Positions 14,186-27,967 of a stretch of DNA of 64,000 bases are shown one piece after another. Location of the stretch: positions 1 to 64,000 of the forward strand of contig CAXHJY010000899.1 in the NCBI GenBank assembly GCA_964016885.1. Direction: 5' to 3'. The stretch's first letter is position 1. Each line of letters begins with the position of its first letter. A model generated the notes under the pieces. The model did no database searches and had not been told where the DNA came from. It saw only the letters and a list, made by a program, of their open reading frames with translations. This DNA is from Eledone cirrhosa. Taxonomy: Eukaryota. A program made the translations under genes and the position numbers.

Positions 14186-14471
14186 TATTGTGTGTGTGTG
14201 TGTGTGTGTGTGTACATATTCTTTATTAAGGCCAAGTTTGAGTCGTGTGTCCTTAATAAAGAATATATTAATCTCTACTATGGTATTAAGTAGTCATTTT
14301 CGCGAGCATCAGTACTAAGTAGTACGTGTGTGTGTGCGTGTGTGCTAAACACTAAATATGCACCGAATTAAGTAGCCGTATATTGTATATAGAGTCAGTA
14401 TATTTATTATTAATGCTGACTGCTTATTTATAAGTATCGCCGACGTTTCACCATTAATATTAAATACGGTG

Positions 14472-14651
14472 GATTGGCAGTATTGGTAGAGAGTCGGACG
14501 CTATGCTTTGCAGCATAGAGTTACGGCCTTTTATGATCTGAGTTCAAATCCCGCCGAGGTTAACTTTGTCTTTCATCCTGACGGGGTTGATAAAATATAG
14601 CACCAGTAATGCACTGAGGTAATTGCTGGTCGTGTGCCAAAAGTAGAAACA
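14472..14651 (+). mobile_element. Full-length Nin/Deu-like tRNA SINE
   Basis: A-box TGGCAGTATTGG, B-box GAGTTCAAATCC, 19-bp TSD ATTAATATTAAATACGGTG at 14453-14471 and 14652-14670. Confidence 0.9.
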
Positions 14652-15076
14652 ATTAATATTAAATACGGTGTATGTGCGTGCGTGCGTCTTTATATACTTC
14701 CCCTGACATATTTTGTATTACTACAAAAGACAGACTGGCCTATCTTGGTATTGTTGTTTAGCCAGCTACTAGGCCTGCCATGACTGAGTAGACACGCTGT
14801 GATAAAAATAAAAAAAAGAATTTCCACCCATGACAGCCACGACTTATTTTCTGACATAATGTATCCGATGTACCTTTTCTTTTTTTCAATGTAGTTATTT
14901 TTAGCAATCGTGTGACCACATAAAGGCTCAATTTCTTTAAATTTGTTGGTACCATATTTCACTTCACTCTCTCTTTATCTATCTATTCACTCTTTCCCTG
15001 CCTTCTCCCTTATCTTCTTTCTCTAAGTCTTTTTTTATGTTGGTTATTTTTTCTTACTTCTTCCAGGTCACACACG

Positions 15077-15247
15077 CAGTATCGGTAGAGCGTCAGAGAC
15101 CATGCTTTCCAGCATAGAGTTATGGCCCTTTACGTTTTGAGTTCAAATCCCTCTGAAGTTAACTTAGCCTTTCATCCTTACGGGGTCGATAGAATAACGC
15201 ACCAGTAATACACTGGAGTATACTTTGTGCCGAAAGTAGAAACAATT
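15077..15247 (+). mobile_element. Nin/Deu-like tRNA SINE
   Basis: Same family motifs: B-box, GCCTTTCATCCTTACGGGGTCGAT, AAAGTAGAAACAATT end. Confidence 0.8.
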
Positions 15248-16539
15248 ATATTATGCATTTTGCTAATCGGAGTTTTTATTTATTTATTTCATTTTGTTGG
15301 ACAATAAAAGAAGTGTCAACTAGCTAAGTTAATGGAGCTTAGATGATAACATTCAAAGAATACCACACATATAGGAAGAAAAACATACCAACCAGCTTTG
15401 TATAATAGTATGGACAGACACAAAAACAGTAATAACTTTTTTTAATGCTTATATGAACACTTTTCTTTCTTTTCTAAACTGTGAATCTTTTTTTAGTCAT
15501 CTACCGTCTTAATGTGACAGGGGATTTCTCAGTGGTATGGGACCAGTGTAGGAAGAGAGGATGTAGGAAGGGGTGCACAGAGGAAGGTTCACCCCCCACC
15601 GCCGTCTCCGACTGTTCAGTTTCAAGGAAAGGATGGTTGCTTATATATAGCTTCCATACACCTCCTTCTCAACCTTAGCGTACCGTCCTTCCTCAGTTCC
15701 TAATGCCTATTTCCATCCCTATATAGGAGGAGTGAACTTGGGAGTAGAAGAGGGTGATCGATGGGAAACAAGATTTAAGTGCCGTGGAAAAAAAAAAAGA
15801 GGTTAAAAAATTCTAGAACGAGTCAAAGAGAAGGGTTTGTTTGTATTTTTGAGCTTTTTTTTTTTAGATAGATTCGTATCTGAAACGAAACGCTAGTAAA
15901 GAACATTGAAGAACCATTAATTTCCATATAAGATATCTATAAAATGTGAGAGCCTCAATCGTGGTTGCTCTATTTGCTAGAAATAAACACAAAACCTACC
16001 TCAAATCTCATACTTTCACCGTCTTTCATGAAAAAGGAAGGACACATTAAATGATGTAGTCTTAAATACTATTTTTTTTAAAGCTTGACTTTCTAGATAT
16101 AGCTACCAAATCTACCTCAAATCAAACATATCTTCCAATGTCTTTTATAGATATAAAAAATAAGCGGAAGAACATATTTAAACATTATATGCAGTTCTAA
16201 ATACCAAAATTAAATACTAAAATAAATAATTAAAAAAAGGAGACAAAATGGCCATAGCTGGAACATTTATGATCATCGATCTGCTTAAAGAAAGTTTGAC
16301 CTGGGGGTAAGTAACATCAACATAGAAACAAAGATAGATTGTTTTTGTTTTGTTTTTGTTAGTTTATTTGTTGAGAATGCCAAGAAACAAATTTTAAATT
16401 AAAATGTGTCTACCGAGAGAAGAAGAGAGAGAGGCGGTGGAATGGAGCAGTGAAATAAATAATAAATGTTTTCGGGGAGAAACAGGAGGAAACATAAGCT
16501 GAATGACCTAGTGAATAAACTATTAAGTTTTAGTGAGCT

Positions 16540-16836
16540 GGCTGACATATTTCTCTGCTTAGACACTCTGCTATCAACATGACAGCCATCAAGGATCGAG
16601 TTAAAACTACTTGGCTGAGCTGAACGACAAAGTGAGCTTCTTCAACCGCTTCCTTTTCGTGCCAGTCGCCATCGAGACCTCCAGTGTCGTCGGTTTCCAA
16701 ATTGCCGTTTTCCTCCACAAAATTGGGAGGAGTGCATCCTGCCTGATGAAGGAGAACCCGAGGTAGAATGGCTGATGTTGGTGGTGTCACTGGCTGTTCT
16801 CCACAGCAATGCCTTCACCATTTGGTCCGTGATGAG
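16540..16836 (+). pseudogene. 3'-terminal fragment of a CRE-like non-LTR retrotransposon (restriction-like endonuclease region)
   Basis: Hand translation gives FLFVPVAIETSSVVG..AVFLHKIGR, frameshift, then EWLMLVVSLAVLHSNAFTI; resembles the CRE C-terminus FVPxAxETxG...WLxQRxSLAVxRGNA. Confidence 0.6.
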
Positions 16837-17049
16837 TGGGGGGGGGGGGGGGGGGGGGGGCATACAGTCTGTGACTCCCTTCCTGTCCGCCTAATTTTAA
16901 GAGGACATTAAATGAGACAGACATTGTTTTAAAGAGAGAATTGTTTCTTATAAAAACATTAATAAGGATAACAGTTTTGAAAATCACTTTAACTCCTGGA
17001 ACGCCAGAATCTTTTCACTTTGGAAAATATTGTGATAAATTGAAAGAGG

Positions 17050-17530
17050 AAGGTATACGTTGGGTGACAAAGTATAGAATTGATAAGGGAAGATGTACGT
17101 TGGGTGATAGATCATTGTGAATTAACGGGGGGAAGATATACATTGGGTGACAGAGTATTGTGAATTGACGAGGGAACATATATTGGGTGACAGAGTATAG
17201 TGAATTGACAGGGGAAGATATATGTTGGGTGACAGATCATTGTGAATTGACAGAGGAAGATATATGTTGGGTGACAGATTATTGGGAATTGACAGGGGAA
17301 GATATATGTTGGGTGCAGTGCTGGATTTAGGACAAATGAGGCCCATGCCAGTTAAGTTATGAGGCCTCTTACTTGGGTCTTAAAGGAGGTAGGCCTGTTA
17401 ATTTTTTTTTTTTTTTTTTTTTGTAGGAAGATGGACACCCTTCCTGGCCAATGGGACAATGTGCTCAAGCACACCTAAACAATGGTAAACCCAGCTCTGG
17501 TTGGGTGACAGAATAATGTCGATTGAGGGT
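17050..17530. repeat. 42-bp minisatellite (~7 copies)
   Basis: GTTGGGTGACAGATCATTGTGAATTGACAGGGGAAGATATAT units. Confidence 0.85.
17316..17499. mobile_element. hAT-type MITE inserted in the minisatellite
   Basis: TIRs CAGTGCTGGATTTA / TAAACCCAGCTCTG; 8-bp TSD GTTGGGTG. Confidence 0.8.
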
Positions 17531-18524
17531 AGAGTCAGTGCAAGGAAGACATAGAGAGAAGTGGTAAGATCAGATCTGAGAATGTTACATTCCAAATGAG
17601 GCTGGATTGATGTGAAACATGAGATGCTGAATTGTATCACAGACCCATCCAACCCAGAGGGCAAAAAGAAAAAAAAAGCAAACTTCGTAAAAGGAGAAAG
17701 TCTGATTATCTAACTACGCAGTCACTGTGACTTCTACTTGCTGGCTCATGACTAAAATTCCTTTTTCTTAAAATAAATTTTCAGATAAGTAAAATCAGCA
17801 TCAGCAGCATTTCCATCACCATCATCATCATTATTATCATCATCAAAATCAGCAACATTACCATCATCATCAGCAACATTACCATCATCATCATTATCAT
17901 CTATTAACAGCTGTTTTTTGTTGTTGTTTTTTTTTACTTTCTTTTTCATTTTTGTCCTAACAGACAGAAGAGAGAAGTGAAGAATGGAGAGTGCCGGAAG
18001 CCAAAAGAAAGCCAGCCAATTCAGAAACAGAGAAAGATTTATTTTTTTGTCTTCCCATTGGTTCTAGAAAGCTACAGATATGAAGCTATAACAGGAACCC
18101 CGAAAAGGGAAAAGGAGGTGGATGAAGGAAAGGTGCAGCTTTCAATGTGGGAAGAAAGAGGGATAGGTGAAAGATTTTGATAAAATTCAGAGTTAAAAAC
18201 ATGAAATAAAAGAAGAGATGAGTAAAGAAATAAAGAAGTATTGTAGCAGTGAAATGAAGCAGTGACCACAGTAAAAATCTGAAGAGAAAGTTATAGCAAA
18301 ACAAAGAGGAAAAAAAATCAAACATAAATAAGCAGACAGCCAACTAGATTGGGCTGGGGAAAGATTTTCACTGGCTTGTAGCAATGTTTTTACAGAAAAA
18401 CTGTTGTAATAATTGTTACTATATTAACCACTATAGCCAAAGATACGGATAATACAAAAGACAAGGGCTGTGAGGATTTACATATAAAAATGTGTAAAAC
18501 GAATGACAAGAATAATGATAATAA

Positions 18525-19290
18525 AGGTTTCTAATTTAGGCACAAGGCCAGCAATGTAGAGGGAGGGAAATCAAATAAATCTACCCCAGTACTTGACTGG
18601 CTCTTTTATTTTATTGACCCCAGTAGGATAGAAAGCAAAGCCAACCTTGTCAAGATTTGAACTTAGAACATAAAGAGATGAAACAAGTATGACAAAGCAT
18701 TTTGTAAGGAACACTAATAATTCTAGCAACAAATAATAACAATGGTTTCTGATTTAGGCACAAGGCCAGCAATTTGAAGGGGAGAGGAAAGTCGATTAAA
18801 TTGAACCTAGTGCATTAATGGTGCTTTATTTTATCAACCCTGTAAGAATGAAAGACAAAGCTATCCTTGGCAGGATTCAGAACGTAAAGGGCCAAAACTC
18901 TATGCCGTAAAGCAGGTTGTCTGATGCTCTACTCATACTGCTAATCCACCACCCTAATCCACCTAATAATAATTGTTAAAGAAGGAGGGGAAAATCAATT
19001 AAATAGACCCCAGTGCATTACTGGTGCTTTATTTTATCGACCCCTTAATAATAATTATTTCATTTATTTGCCACCAGGGCATAGGATGAAGGGGACATTA
19101 TAAATATATTACAAAAATAACACTAATATATTCTAACAGAAACGTAAAGCCAGCAATTTATGTGAGGGTAAAGTTAATGAAACCAACAGTACTTGACTGG
19201 TACTTAAGTTAGACACCAGAAGGATGAAATACATAGTCAATCCCAGTGGAATATGAACTGAGAACACAAACACAAAGTGACAAGTGAAAT
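18525..19290 (-). mobile_element. Cluster of older Nin/Deu-like SINE copies
   Basis: Repeated TTTCT..TTTAGGCACAAGGCCAGCAAT and TTTATTTTATCGACCCC motifs. Confidence 0.7.
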
Positions 19291-19949
19291 ACCACAATGG
19301 ATGGGATGGAGTGGTCATGGCTGGAATGCTTTTGATCATAGATCTGTTCAGGGTTGACCTATACTACTGAACTCTCAACACATTCCTGAATACAGTCCTT
19401 ACTTTCATCTCTTAGTTCTTGTCTAAGCAATGGCTCTACCTTCAGACAGAAACACTAAGCTCCCAACAAACAGTCCATATAGTGCATATTCAAATTTTTA
19501 TTTCTATTTTTATTTTATTTTTTTACAAAGTAGAGAAGTTTTGCTGGATATTTATATAGAAACATTAGAATATTTTAATAAGTTTTAACCTTGAAACTAA
19601 TACCCACAATCAGACATGTCAACTTTAGAACCACTCCAAATGTTTAGTGTCCCAGGTGATCATAACTGAAGTACCTCTATTACTCTATTACATGTTCCAG
19701 CCAAGGGGCTGAGGCAATACTGGAGCACCGCCATTGAATTTGCACAGACACGTGTACCCTTAAAGTATTCCTCAGAGAGATCAACATGAGACTATGTATG
19801 ACAAATCTGGCTCTTTGAATTATAAATACAATCTATCCAATGAACTTCTACACAGTTTTCATCTAACCAATTTCCTTCACAAGGTTTGAGTAGCCCCAAG
19901 AACTATGTGAACTATTTATGAGTCTCTGGTGAACATCTTCATCATTCAG

Positions 19950-20425
19950 TCATCAGAAGGGAGGTAAGAATAAAAGCCAAACATTTTCAAATCAGTGTTT
20001 GTGCCTATTCATACCTATAGTTATGAATCCTATATAATGACCAAAAGAATATGAATACAAATACAAGTGGCCGAAATGGGATTCCTCTGAATGGTCTTTG
20101 CAGTAATGATTCTTAATAAGTTGTATAGCTTAGAGATCAGGGAGACATTCCAAGTAGAGCAGCTACTTGAGAGATCACAGCTCTAGTACCACAGACATGT
20201 GGTTGGAATGGATAAGAAAAGAATCACTGGACAGATTTTATGGGCAAATCCAACTGGCAAGAGACCCAGAGGTAGACCACAAGAAAGATGTTTGGATAAC
20301 ACCCATAAGCTAGTGGAGATCCAGCTGGATCATTTAGAGATGGTTACTTCTGATATGACCCTCTGGAAGGCATGTATGTCTCAGGACTCTTCTACATGAC
20401 AGGAGGAGGAGATAATGATGATGAT
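19950..20425 (+). pseudogene. Decayed RTE LINE 3' fragment
   Basis: FKSVFVPI..Y..ES and KRPRGRPQERCLD (ORF 20199-20399); homologous to 38200-39310. Confidence 0.7.
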
Positions 20426-21286
20426 AAAATACATGTGTTCAAGTAACCATACAGTAGGATCAGATCCAAGACATAATTGCAAACCAAACTTTAAATACTA
20501 CACCATACTTCTACACTATTATACTGCCAACCAATAAGAGAGTCTCTTTGATGTAGTTCAACCGGTTAGAAATAACAGCCAAATCATCCTACAAAAAGGG
20601 TTATAAAGTAACACCTAAAAACTAAGATAGTTACAGCTAGAATGCCTTTCATCATAAATTTATTAAATCAAGGTTGATTTGAGGCCAAATAAAAACAACT
20701 GTTACACTATATTATACTATATTATATCATGTTGCTTTATACTTTTAAAAAGTCTTGAACAGCTGTTGCATCTATACAAAAAGTACAAGTGCACTCCTTA
20801 CTCACGTACACTCCTACACATATCTGAGACAGAGCATCTGTTACATACACAGACAGGCAACCCCCCACCCCCACCTACCTTCACTCACAAACAATTGTAG
20901 ACCACATCCAAAAAAGGCCCTCTGGTTGATTATTACATTTCCCCCCCACACTTCATTACCAACACATTTGCAAGCACTAGACCCCTGGTGTATATCCCAT
21001 TATCCCCTCACAAACACACACATTAACTGTCTCATCTATTGATACTACAATGGTTTCCCCCCTACCCTGAGCTTCAGATCTAATAATCTATATGCTGTTC
21101 CCTACCCTTACCACTTGATGCTGCTCCTCTCCTCCTCCTCTCTATGCTGTATCAATCCACATAAACCCCTACATACACTAAGTACTTTGCCAAATATTTA
21201 TAACTCCAGAACTCATAACTAAATCCTGGAATTTTTCTCTACCTACCTAATGTTTTCAGTGAGGCAGCAATTGGCAAAGTCATTCA

Positions 21287-21495
21287 CACTTTAGCATTTA
21301 CATTACTCTATACTTCTCTATTGTATTTTCACGGTAAAGGCTTTACCTCACATAATATCAATTCTATGAGATTTTCATATTATTTATTTTGAGAACAATA
21401 CCTTAACATCAGTATCAGTGGCCAGTTACAGCTGGTTTGAACAGAAAGAGGTGAAAGAATTCTGGCTGGATACGACCAGTTTAAATGCTAAAGGG
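21287..21495. mobile_element. piggyBac-type MITE family A
   Basis: CTTTAGCATTTA ... TAAATGCTAAAGGG|TTAA; internal sequence matches 6678-7086. Confidence 0.8.
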
Positions 21496-21700
21496 TTAAA
21501 ACATAAGAGAAAATGCTTTTGTGATATTTGTTCCAGCTTTTAGCACTCTGAATTCTAATCCACCAAAATCATTCAGCCTTTGACCTTCAGGATCAATAAA
21601 ATAAAATATCAGTCCAAGGCAGTGGACTAGTAGAAATGTTAGAACATTCGACAAGATGTCTTACAGTACTTGTTCTGATTCTTTGCATTCCTCAGTTTAA

Positions 21701-21907
21701 CCCTTTAGTGTTCAAACTGGCCCAAACCGGCCAGAATTCTCTACCTCTTTCTGTTGAAACTGGCTATAACTGGTCACTCAAACTGATGTTAAGGTATTGT
21801 TTTCAAAATAAATACTTTCAAAATCTGATAGATTCGATATTATGTGAGATAAAGCCTTTACCATTAAAATATAATAGTATATATAAAATAATGTGAATGC
21901 TAAAGGG
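21701..21907. mobile_element. piggyBac-type MITE family A, opposite orientation to 21287-21495
   Basis: TTAA|CCCTTTAG ... GCTAAAGGG|TTAA. Confidence 0.85.
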
Positions 21908-24906
21908 TTAAATCTCATTGCAGCCTACTTGGATGGTAGACTTAATCTATTGTCTAGTTCAACACCATCACCTGGCCCTTGGGTGGTAGACTTAATCTAT
22001 TGTTCAGTTTAACACCATCACCCGGTGATGATGATTATTATATATTTGTAATATTTATATATTATGTAAATAAAACCATTATTGCTCCAATCACCCCACA
22101 AAATACTTAGGAAACACCCTAAACTGAATGCCAACTGTTAAACCAACCTGCGACCCACCCTCTAAATTCAGCAAACTGAACACGGACCATCCAACTTTTC
22201 AAACTTGGTAAACCAAACAGGACCACAACAACAATCAAATGGGGAATACAGGTATTATCAAGCTGTATATAATATGATGGCCATTTGGCAGAATCAATTC
22301 ATGATTTCGAGAATTTAAAAAAAAATGAATATCAATAAATATAAACTACCTTCTCCTCCCCAATCCCCTGAAAATAAATGATACTTCTAAAATTGAAATT
22401 CAATTCAAACTTAAACTAAAATTTTGTTAAAAGAAAAAACAAATATTTATTTTTTATTATTATTACTGAAATTTAATTCATATTTGAATATCTTATTTCA
22501 AATTTATTTTCACATAAATTTCATTTTAACTCTCAACATCTTGTTATGATTTTGTAGAAAATGTCTTTAAAAAGCGGATCTATTAAATAAAATATCTATA
22601 GTATTTTTATTAGTGGACATATTGTGAAAATTGCAATATTAGAATATCAACATCAGTTTTTAATGTGATGCAGCCATAGTGATATTTTTGTTCATTTCAA
22701 GGACTTCTTGCTAATGCTGATCATGCAGTACAGAATGTTAACAGTTATACAAGAATTAATACATCTAAGTTCTAGTAATTAGATCTTTGGAAAAACCATC
22801 TGGAAACAATACAGAAAATATAGAAGAAAAAATGTTATATTCACTTTCTATATTTTCATTTAGCATAATTTGAAATAAATATGAGATTCTTTCTTTGGCT
22901 AAATTTGGCTCTTACACAACCTAGTTACTTTAGTTTCAATACACAGTCTCCAATGAAATCATTTGCCAAACATGCACACCTTCATAATTTCAACTTTATC
23001 AATTTGAAATTTCAAACAGTAAAACTGTATTTATAAAGAAAAAAAGGGAAGAAAAATGAAGAACAAAGAAAGGGGAATCCTCACATGGAATTCCCTTCCT
23101 TCCTTAACTTCCCTGTTTTCCATTAGACCCCTTTATTTTCTGGTCTCTTAGACAAAACAAAAAAGAAAGCAGTGCCAACATGAACAAGAATGACAACAAC
23201 TATGTCAATGCCATGTAGTTGAATGTGATGAAAAGTGCAGAAATGACAACATTAACATAAGAAGCAGTCTCCATTTGTAAACTGTATTGATTGTAACTGT
23301 GAGATTGTCAACTGTCACTGATGCTGAGATACTGAGAGAGAGAAGCAGAGTTTCATGCTGTCACCACCACCATAACCACATAACCATCACCACCATTATC
23401 ATAACCATCACCACAACCATCACTAAAACCATCACCACAACCACAATCACCGTCACCACAACTACCATAACCATCATCACCGCCATCATCATCACCACAA
23501 CCACCATCACCACACTTCCTTCACTTCACATTCCATCATTCTTTGTTCTTTCGTTCAAACAACCCTTCATTCTCTGTTTCTTCAATCCTACACCTCCCCC
23601 TGCCACACAACATTTCTTCATTTTTACTTCTGTCACTCCACCTTGTTCCTTCACAATTCTTCTCCCACCCTCTCCTTTCTCTTATGGAACACACAGACAC
23701 ATAGATAAACATATAAACACACACACACACACACACACAAAAATACACACACATCTTTTTCCCTTTTAAATCATTGTTTACGTTTAGGTTTTGTTTTGGT
23801 TTTTTGGTTTTTATTTTGCTCTCCTCTCCAAATCTGTTTCCTTCAATTTATTCATTCCCTTTTCTGCTCTAGATATCATTACATGTTCTCTCTTCACCTT
23901 AAATGAAGCCTATAAAGCAAAATTACTTGGGAGGGGGTGTTAGCTAATTGAGATAACGCTATTGAATATTTTCTTTAATTAGATGAAATGGGGGAAAGAA
24001 CTAGAAAAAAATCCACCACTTCATGTAAAATACTATTGTTATTATTTACAAAAAAAAAAAAAAGCTTTCAGCAAATTCTTGAAGAAGAATATGCACCCAA
24101 TTCAATAAACCCACCTTTCAATATATTATAATTTAAAATTATGTTAATCCAAAGGTTTTATTGCTAAATCTCACACTAACTCAAATATAACTATTTCCAG
24201 CCCGCCCACCAATTCAAATGGAAGAGTTTCATTATGTGAAAAAAAAAATTAAATTAAATTAAATAAAAAACTTACAATAAAAGAAATTATTTTAATATGA
24301 TGTGTTCTATAATAAAAAAAAATAATAAATAAACACAAATTCACAGTTCAAAACCATTCCTTGAAAAACCTAAAGCTTCAAGATCTTATGGTATTAATAT
24401 AAATTTCTAATTCAGGCACAAGGCCAGCAATAGGGGGCAGAGAAAGTTGATTGTGTCGACCCCCAGTTCTTTGCTAGTACTTTATTTTATCGAGCACAGA
24501 ATGATGAAAGGCAAAGTTGACCTCTGTGAAATTTCAGACCCTTGGCCTGTCTGGGAGATCAATAGCCATGCTTCAGTATTGACTTGATCTATGTAGGCTC
24601 ATCCAACCCTTGCTAGCAGGGAAAGTGGACATTAAAACGATGATGATGATGAAAGTAAAGAGCTGGAACAAATACTGCTAATGACTTTGCCAATCAACTG
24701 ACCTTTACCTATAGTTTAATATTGCAATTGAAAAAAAACAATAATTTTTTGAATTGAATATTTTTTTATATTAAAGTTTTTTTAATGAAAAATTTTGAGT
24801 TTGGCAACCTGGAAATTTGAGAGTTAAATTTGTCAAAGGGAAAACTCATTACGTAAGTTAAACGGGATTGTTAATGTATATTATACAAGTAATGTTCAGG
24901 ATAAGG

Positions 24907-25073
24907 CAGTGATTCCCAAAGTGGGTTGCACAAACGAGTGTCGGGGGTTCCTTGAAAAAAGGTAGAGGAGTATATTTATATTATGACCATATAACAGTAT
25001 TAGACTTTGGGGTTCCCCAAAAAGTTTCTGAACCAAAAAGGGTTCTACTTTTGAAAAAGTTTAGGAAACCCTG
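24907..25073. mobile_element. hAT (Charlie-like) MITE
   Basis: CAGTGATTCCCAAA ... TTTAGGAAACCCTG; 8-bp TSD GGATAAGG on both sides. Confidence 0.85.
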
Positions 25074-25254
25074 GGATAAGGTGTTCAATGTGACAGATTT
25101 GTTAGAGCATCAGATAGAATGGGTTTTGATATTTGTTCCAACACTCTGTGACCACTGAGCTCAAATCCCTCGCAGATCTACATTGCCTTTAAACTTTTTG
25201 GTAAACCAATGATGCTATTGTGCACCAATTGAAATATACAACATAATAATAATG

Positions 25255-27300
25255 ATTTCTAGTATAGGCACAAGGCCAGTAATTTGGGGGGGGGGGGAGG
25301 TTCGATTAAATCAACTCCAGTACATTACTGGTGCTTAATTTTATCAAACTGGTAAGGATGAAAGGCAAAGTTAACCTCGGCTTGATTTGAACTCAGAATG
25401 TAAAGGGCCGTAACTCTATGCTGCAAAGCATGGTGTCCAATGCTCTACCGATATTGAGAATAATAATGATAATAATGTTTCTACTTTTGGCACAAGGCCA
25501 GCAATTACGCCAGTGCATTACTGGTACTTTATTTTATCGACCCTGTAAGGATGAAAAGAAAAGTTAACCTCGCCGGTAAGCTCAGAACGTAATGGGTCAT
25601 AACTCTATGCTTCAAAGCATGGTGTTTGACGCTCTACCGATACTGCCAACCCAAATAACAATACTGGTTTCTGATTTAAGCACAAAGCCAACAATTTTAG
25701 GGGAGGGAAAAGTCGATTAAATTGACCCTAGTCCATTACTAGTGCTTTATTTCATCGACCCCGTAAGGATGAAAGGCAAAGTAAACCTTGGCAGGATTTG
25801 AACTCAGAACGTGAAAGGCCGTAACTCTATGCTGAAAAGCAAGATGTCCAGCACTCTACTGACACTACCAAGGTTTCTGATATAGGCACAAGGCCAACAA
25901 TTTTGGGGGGAGGGGGAAAGTCGATTAAATCAACCCCAGTGCATTACTGATACTTTATTTTATCGCCTCTGTAAGGATGAAAGGTAAAGCTAACCTCAGC
26001 AGGATTTGAACTCAGAACGTAAAGGGCCGTAACTCTATGCTGCAAAGCATAGTGTCTGACGCACTAAAAACTGGTGACTTATTACATTTCCTGTGGTATT
26101 TTATCAACTTATTGTTTTTCAAACAGGATTCATTTATCTTTTACTTCCATCATTTCATCACTCAGTATGTGTGTGTTAGATCTTTTTTTTCTCTTTCATG
26201 TAGGTGCAGCTTGTTGTTTATCGATATGCACGCACGCAAACACATACCATATGATGGCTGAAGTGGTAGAAAAGAAATGAAGGGGAGTCATCTGTACCTA
26301 GATACTACTACTAATAATAATTGTTTCTACTTTTGCCACAAGGTCAGCATTACTGGTACTTTATTTTATCGACCCCGTAAGGATGAAAGGCAAAGTTAAC
26401 CTCGGCGGGATTTGAACTCAGTATGGTAAGGGCCGTAACTCTATGCATCAAAGCATGGTGTTCGACTCTCTACCAATACTGCCAAATAATGAAGGAGAAG
26501 AAGAAGAAGAAGGTGGTTGGCAGTGGCGGTGGTGGTGGTGCTTAAAAGGGAGGCAGAGGGAAGTTCATTTGCAATCATTGTAAAATGAAAAAAATATTGA
26601 AAGTATGGGTGTTTGGAAGAATATCCCCTGTAGTTTCATTTCTCCTCCCCCAACACCTTCTGATCCTCTTCTGCCTCCTCTTCAGTGTACAATTTTTACA
26701 TTTTACTTCTTAAATATATTTGTATATATTTGCAGTAGAGGAAAACTAAGACCTTGACAGCAACAGTGAGAGCAGATCTCAAAATGTTGAAGTGTCAACG
26801 AGGAGATGGTGAAGATGGTGACAAAGAACACAAAAGGTGGAAAGAAGCTGTGCTAAAAAAAGCCCCTACTCCACCTTGGGTGCCAACCCAAATAAGCTTG
26901 GAAAAACTGCCATGATGATGATGATAATTGTTTCTATTTTTGGCATATGGCCAACAATTATCTCAGTGCATTACTGGTACTTTATTTTATCGACCCCGTA
27001 AGGATGAAAGGCAAAGTTAACCTCGGCATGATTTGAACTGAGACTGTAAAGGGGCGTAACTCTATGCTGCAAAGCATGGTGTCTGATCCGCTACTGATAC
27101 TGCCAATCCACCGCCCTATGGTGATGATAATAAATGATTTATGACTAAGGCACAAGGCCAACAATTTGGGGATGGGAAGGGAAAGTCGATTGAATCGACC
27201 CCAGCATACCACCGGTACTTTATTTTATCGACCCACAAGCATGAAAGATCTCAGAACGTAAAGGGCCATAACTATGCCATAAAGCATGTTGTCAGATGCT
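25255..27300 (-). mobile_element. Dense head-to-tail cluster of about 7 Nin/Deu-like SINEs
   Basis: Copies begin near 25255, 25476, 25666, 25872, 26320, 26927 and 27140, all on the same strand. Confidence 0.8.
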
Positions 27301-27967
27301 CTAAATAATGAATCTCACTCCCCTTTAAAAAAATCACACTCACACTCAGAGTAAACACATCCCTGCACACAGACACACAAGTGCAGAGGTCAAAAACAAA
27401 AAAAAATGACTTTATTTGAATAAGAGACATGTGTACATATGTCAGTTATCAACAACACAAATGTTCTAACTCTGACACTCCTGTCACACTCTCTCTCTCT
27501 CAAGCTGTAGACTGTGGACATACTAGTCATCATCAAGATGACTCAAATGGTCCAGGAAAATAAGAACAATAACCAAATAATAAAGTTTTCCTGAGAAAAA
27601 AACAAAATACAAAGACTTTTAAATGAATGGTTTATTGTCAGTCATAGTTTTAGCTTAGTCATCTTAGTCATACGCCAGCAAACATATTGGATGGGTATTA
27701 AAATATATATATACATTTATGACAATATCTATATCTAGGGCAGGTACATACATACACACACACACACATTTATCAACATAATCATCATGGTGAGGGATGG
27801 TGCAAGGGAGGGAGGGAGGGGGGGGTCTCTTGCTGGTAAGGTTTGGTCTTGACATATAAACATATATATCATCATCAATGGATTAGCCAGGTTGTCACTG
27901 TCACTGTCATATTAATGTGGCATTTCAAGTCAGGTGACCAGTGTCTATGTATGTGTGTATATATATA

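Noticed and set aside
16741-16775. CCTGATGAAGG...CC as a hammerhead core
   Set aside because: Followed by GAGG rather than GAAA; better explained as CRE-like coding sequence
22550-22900. Possible host exon after TTTTGTAG (also the non-repetitive stretch 62860-63400)
   Set aside because: No sustained reading frame or recognisable protein motif; cannot be supported without RNA-seq
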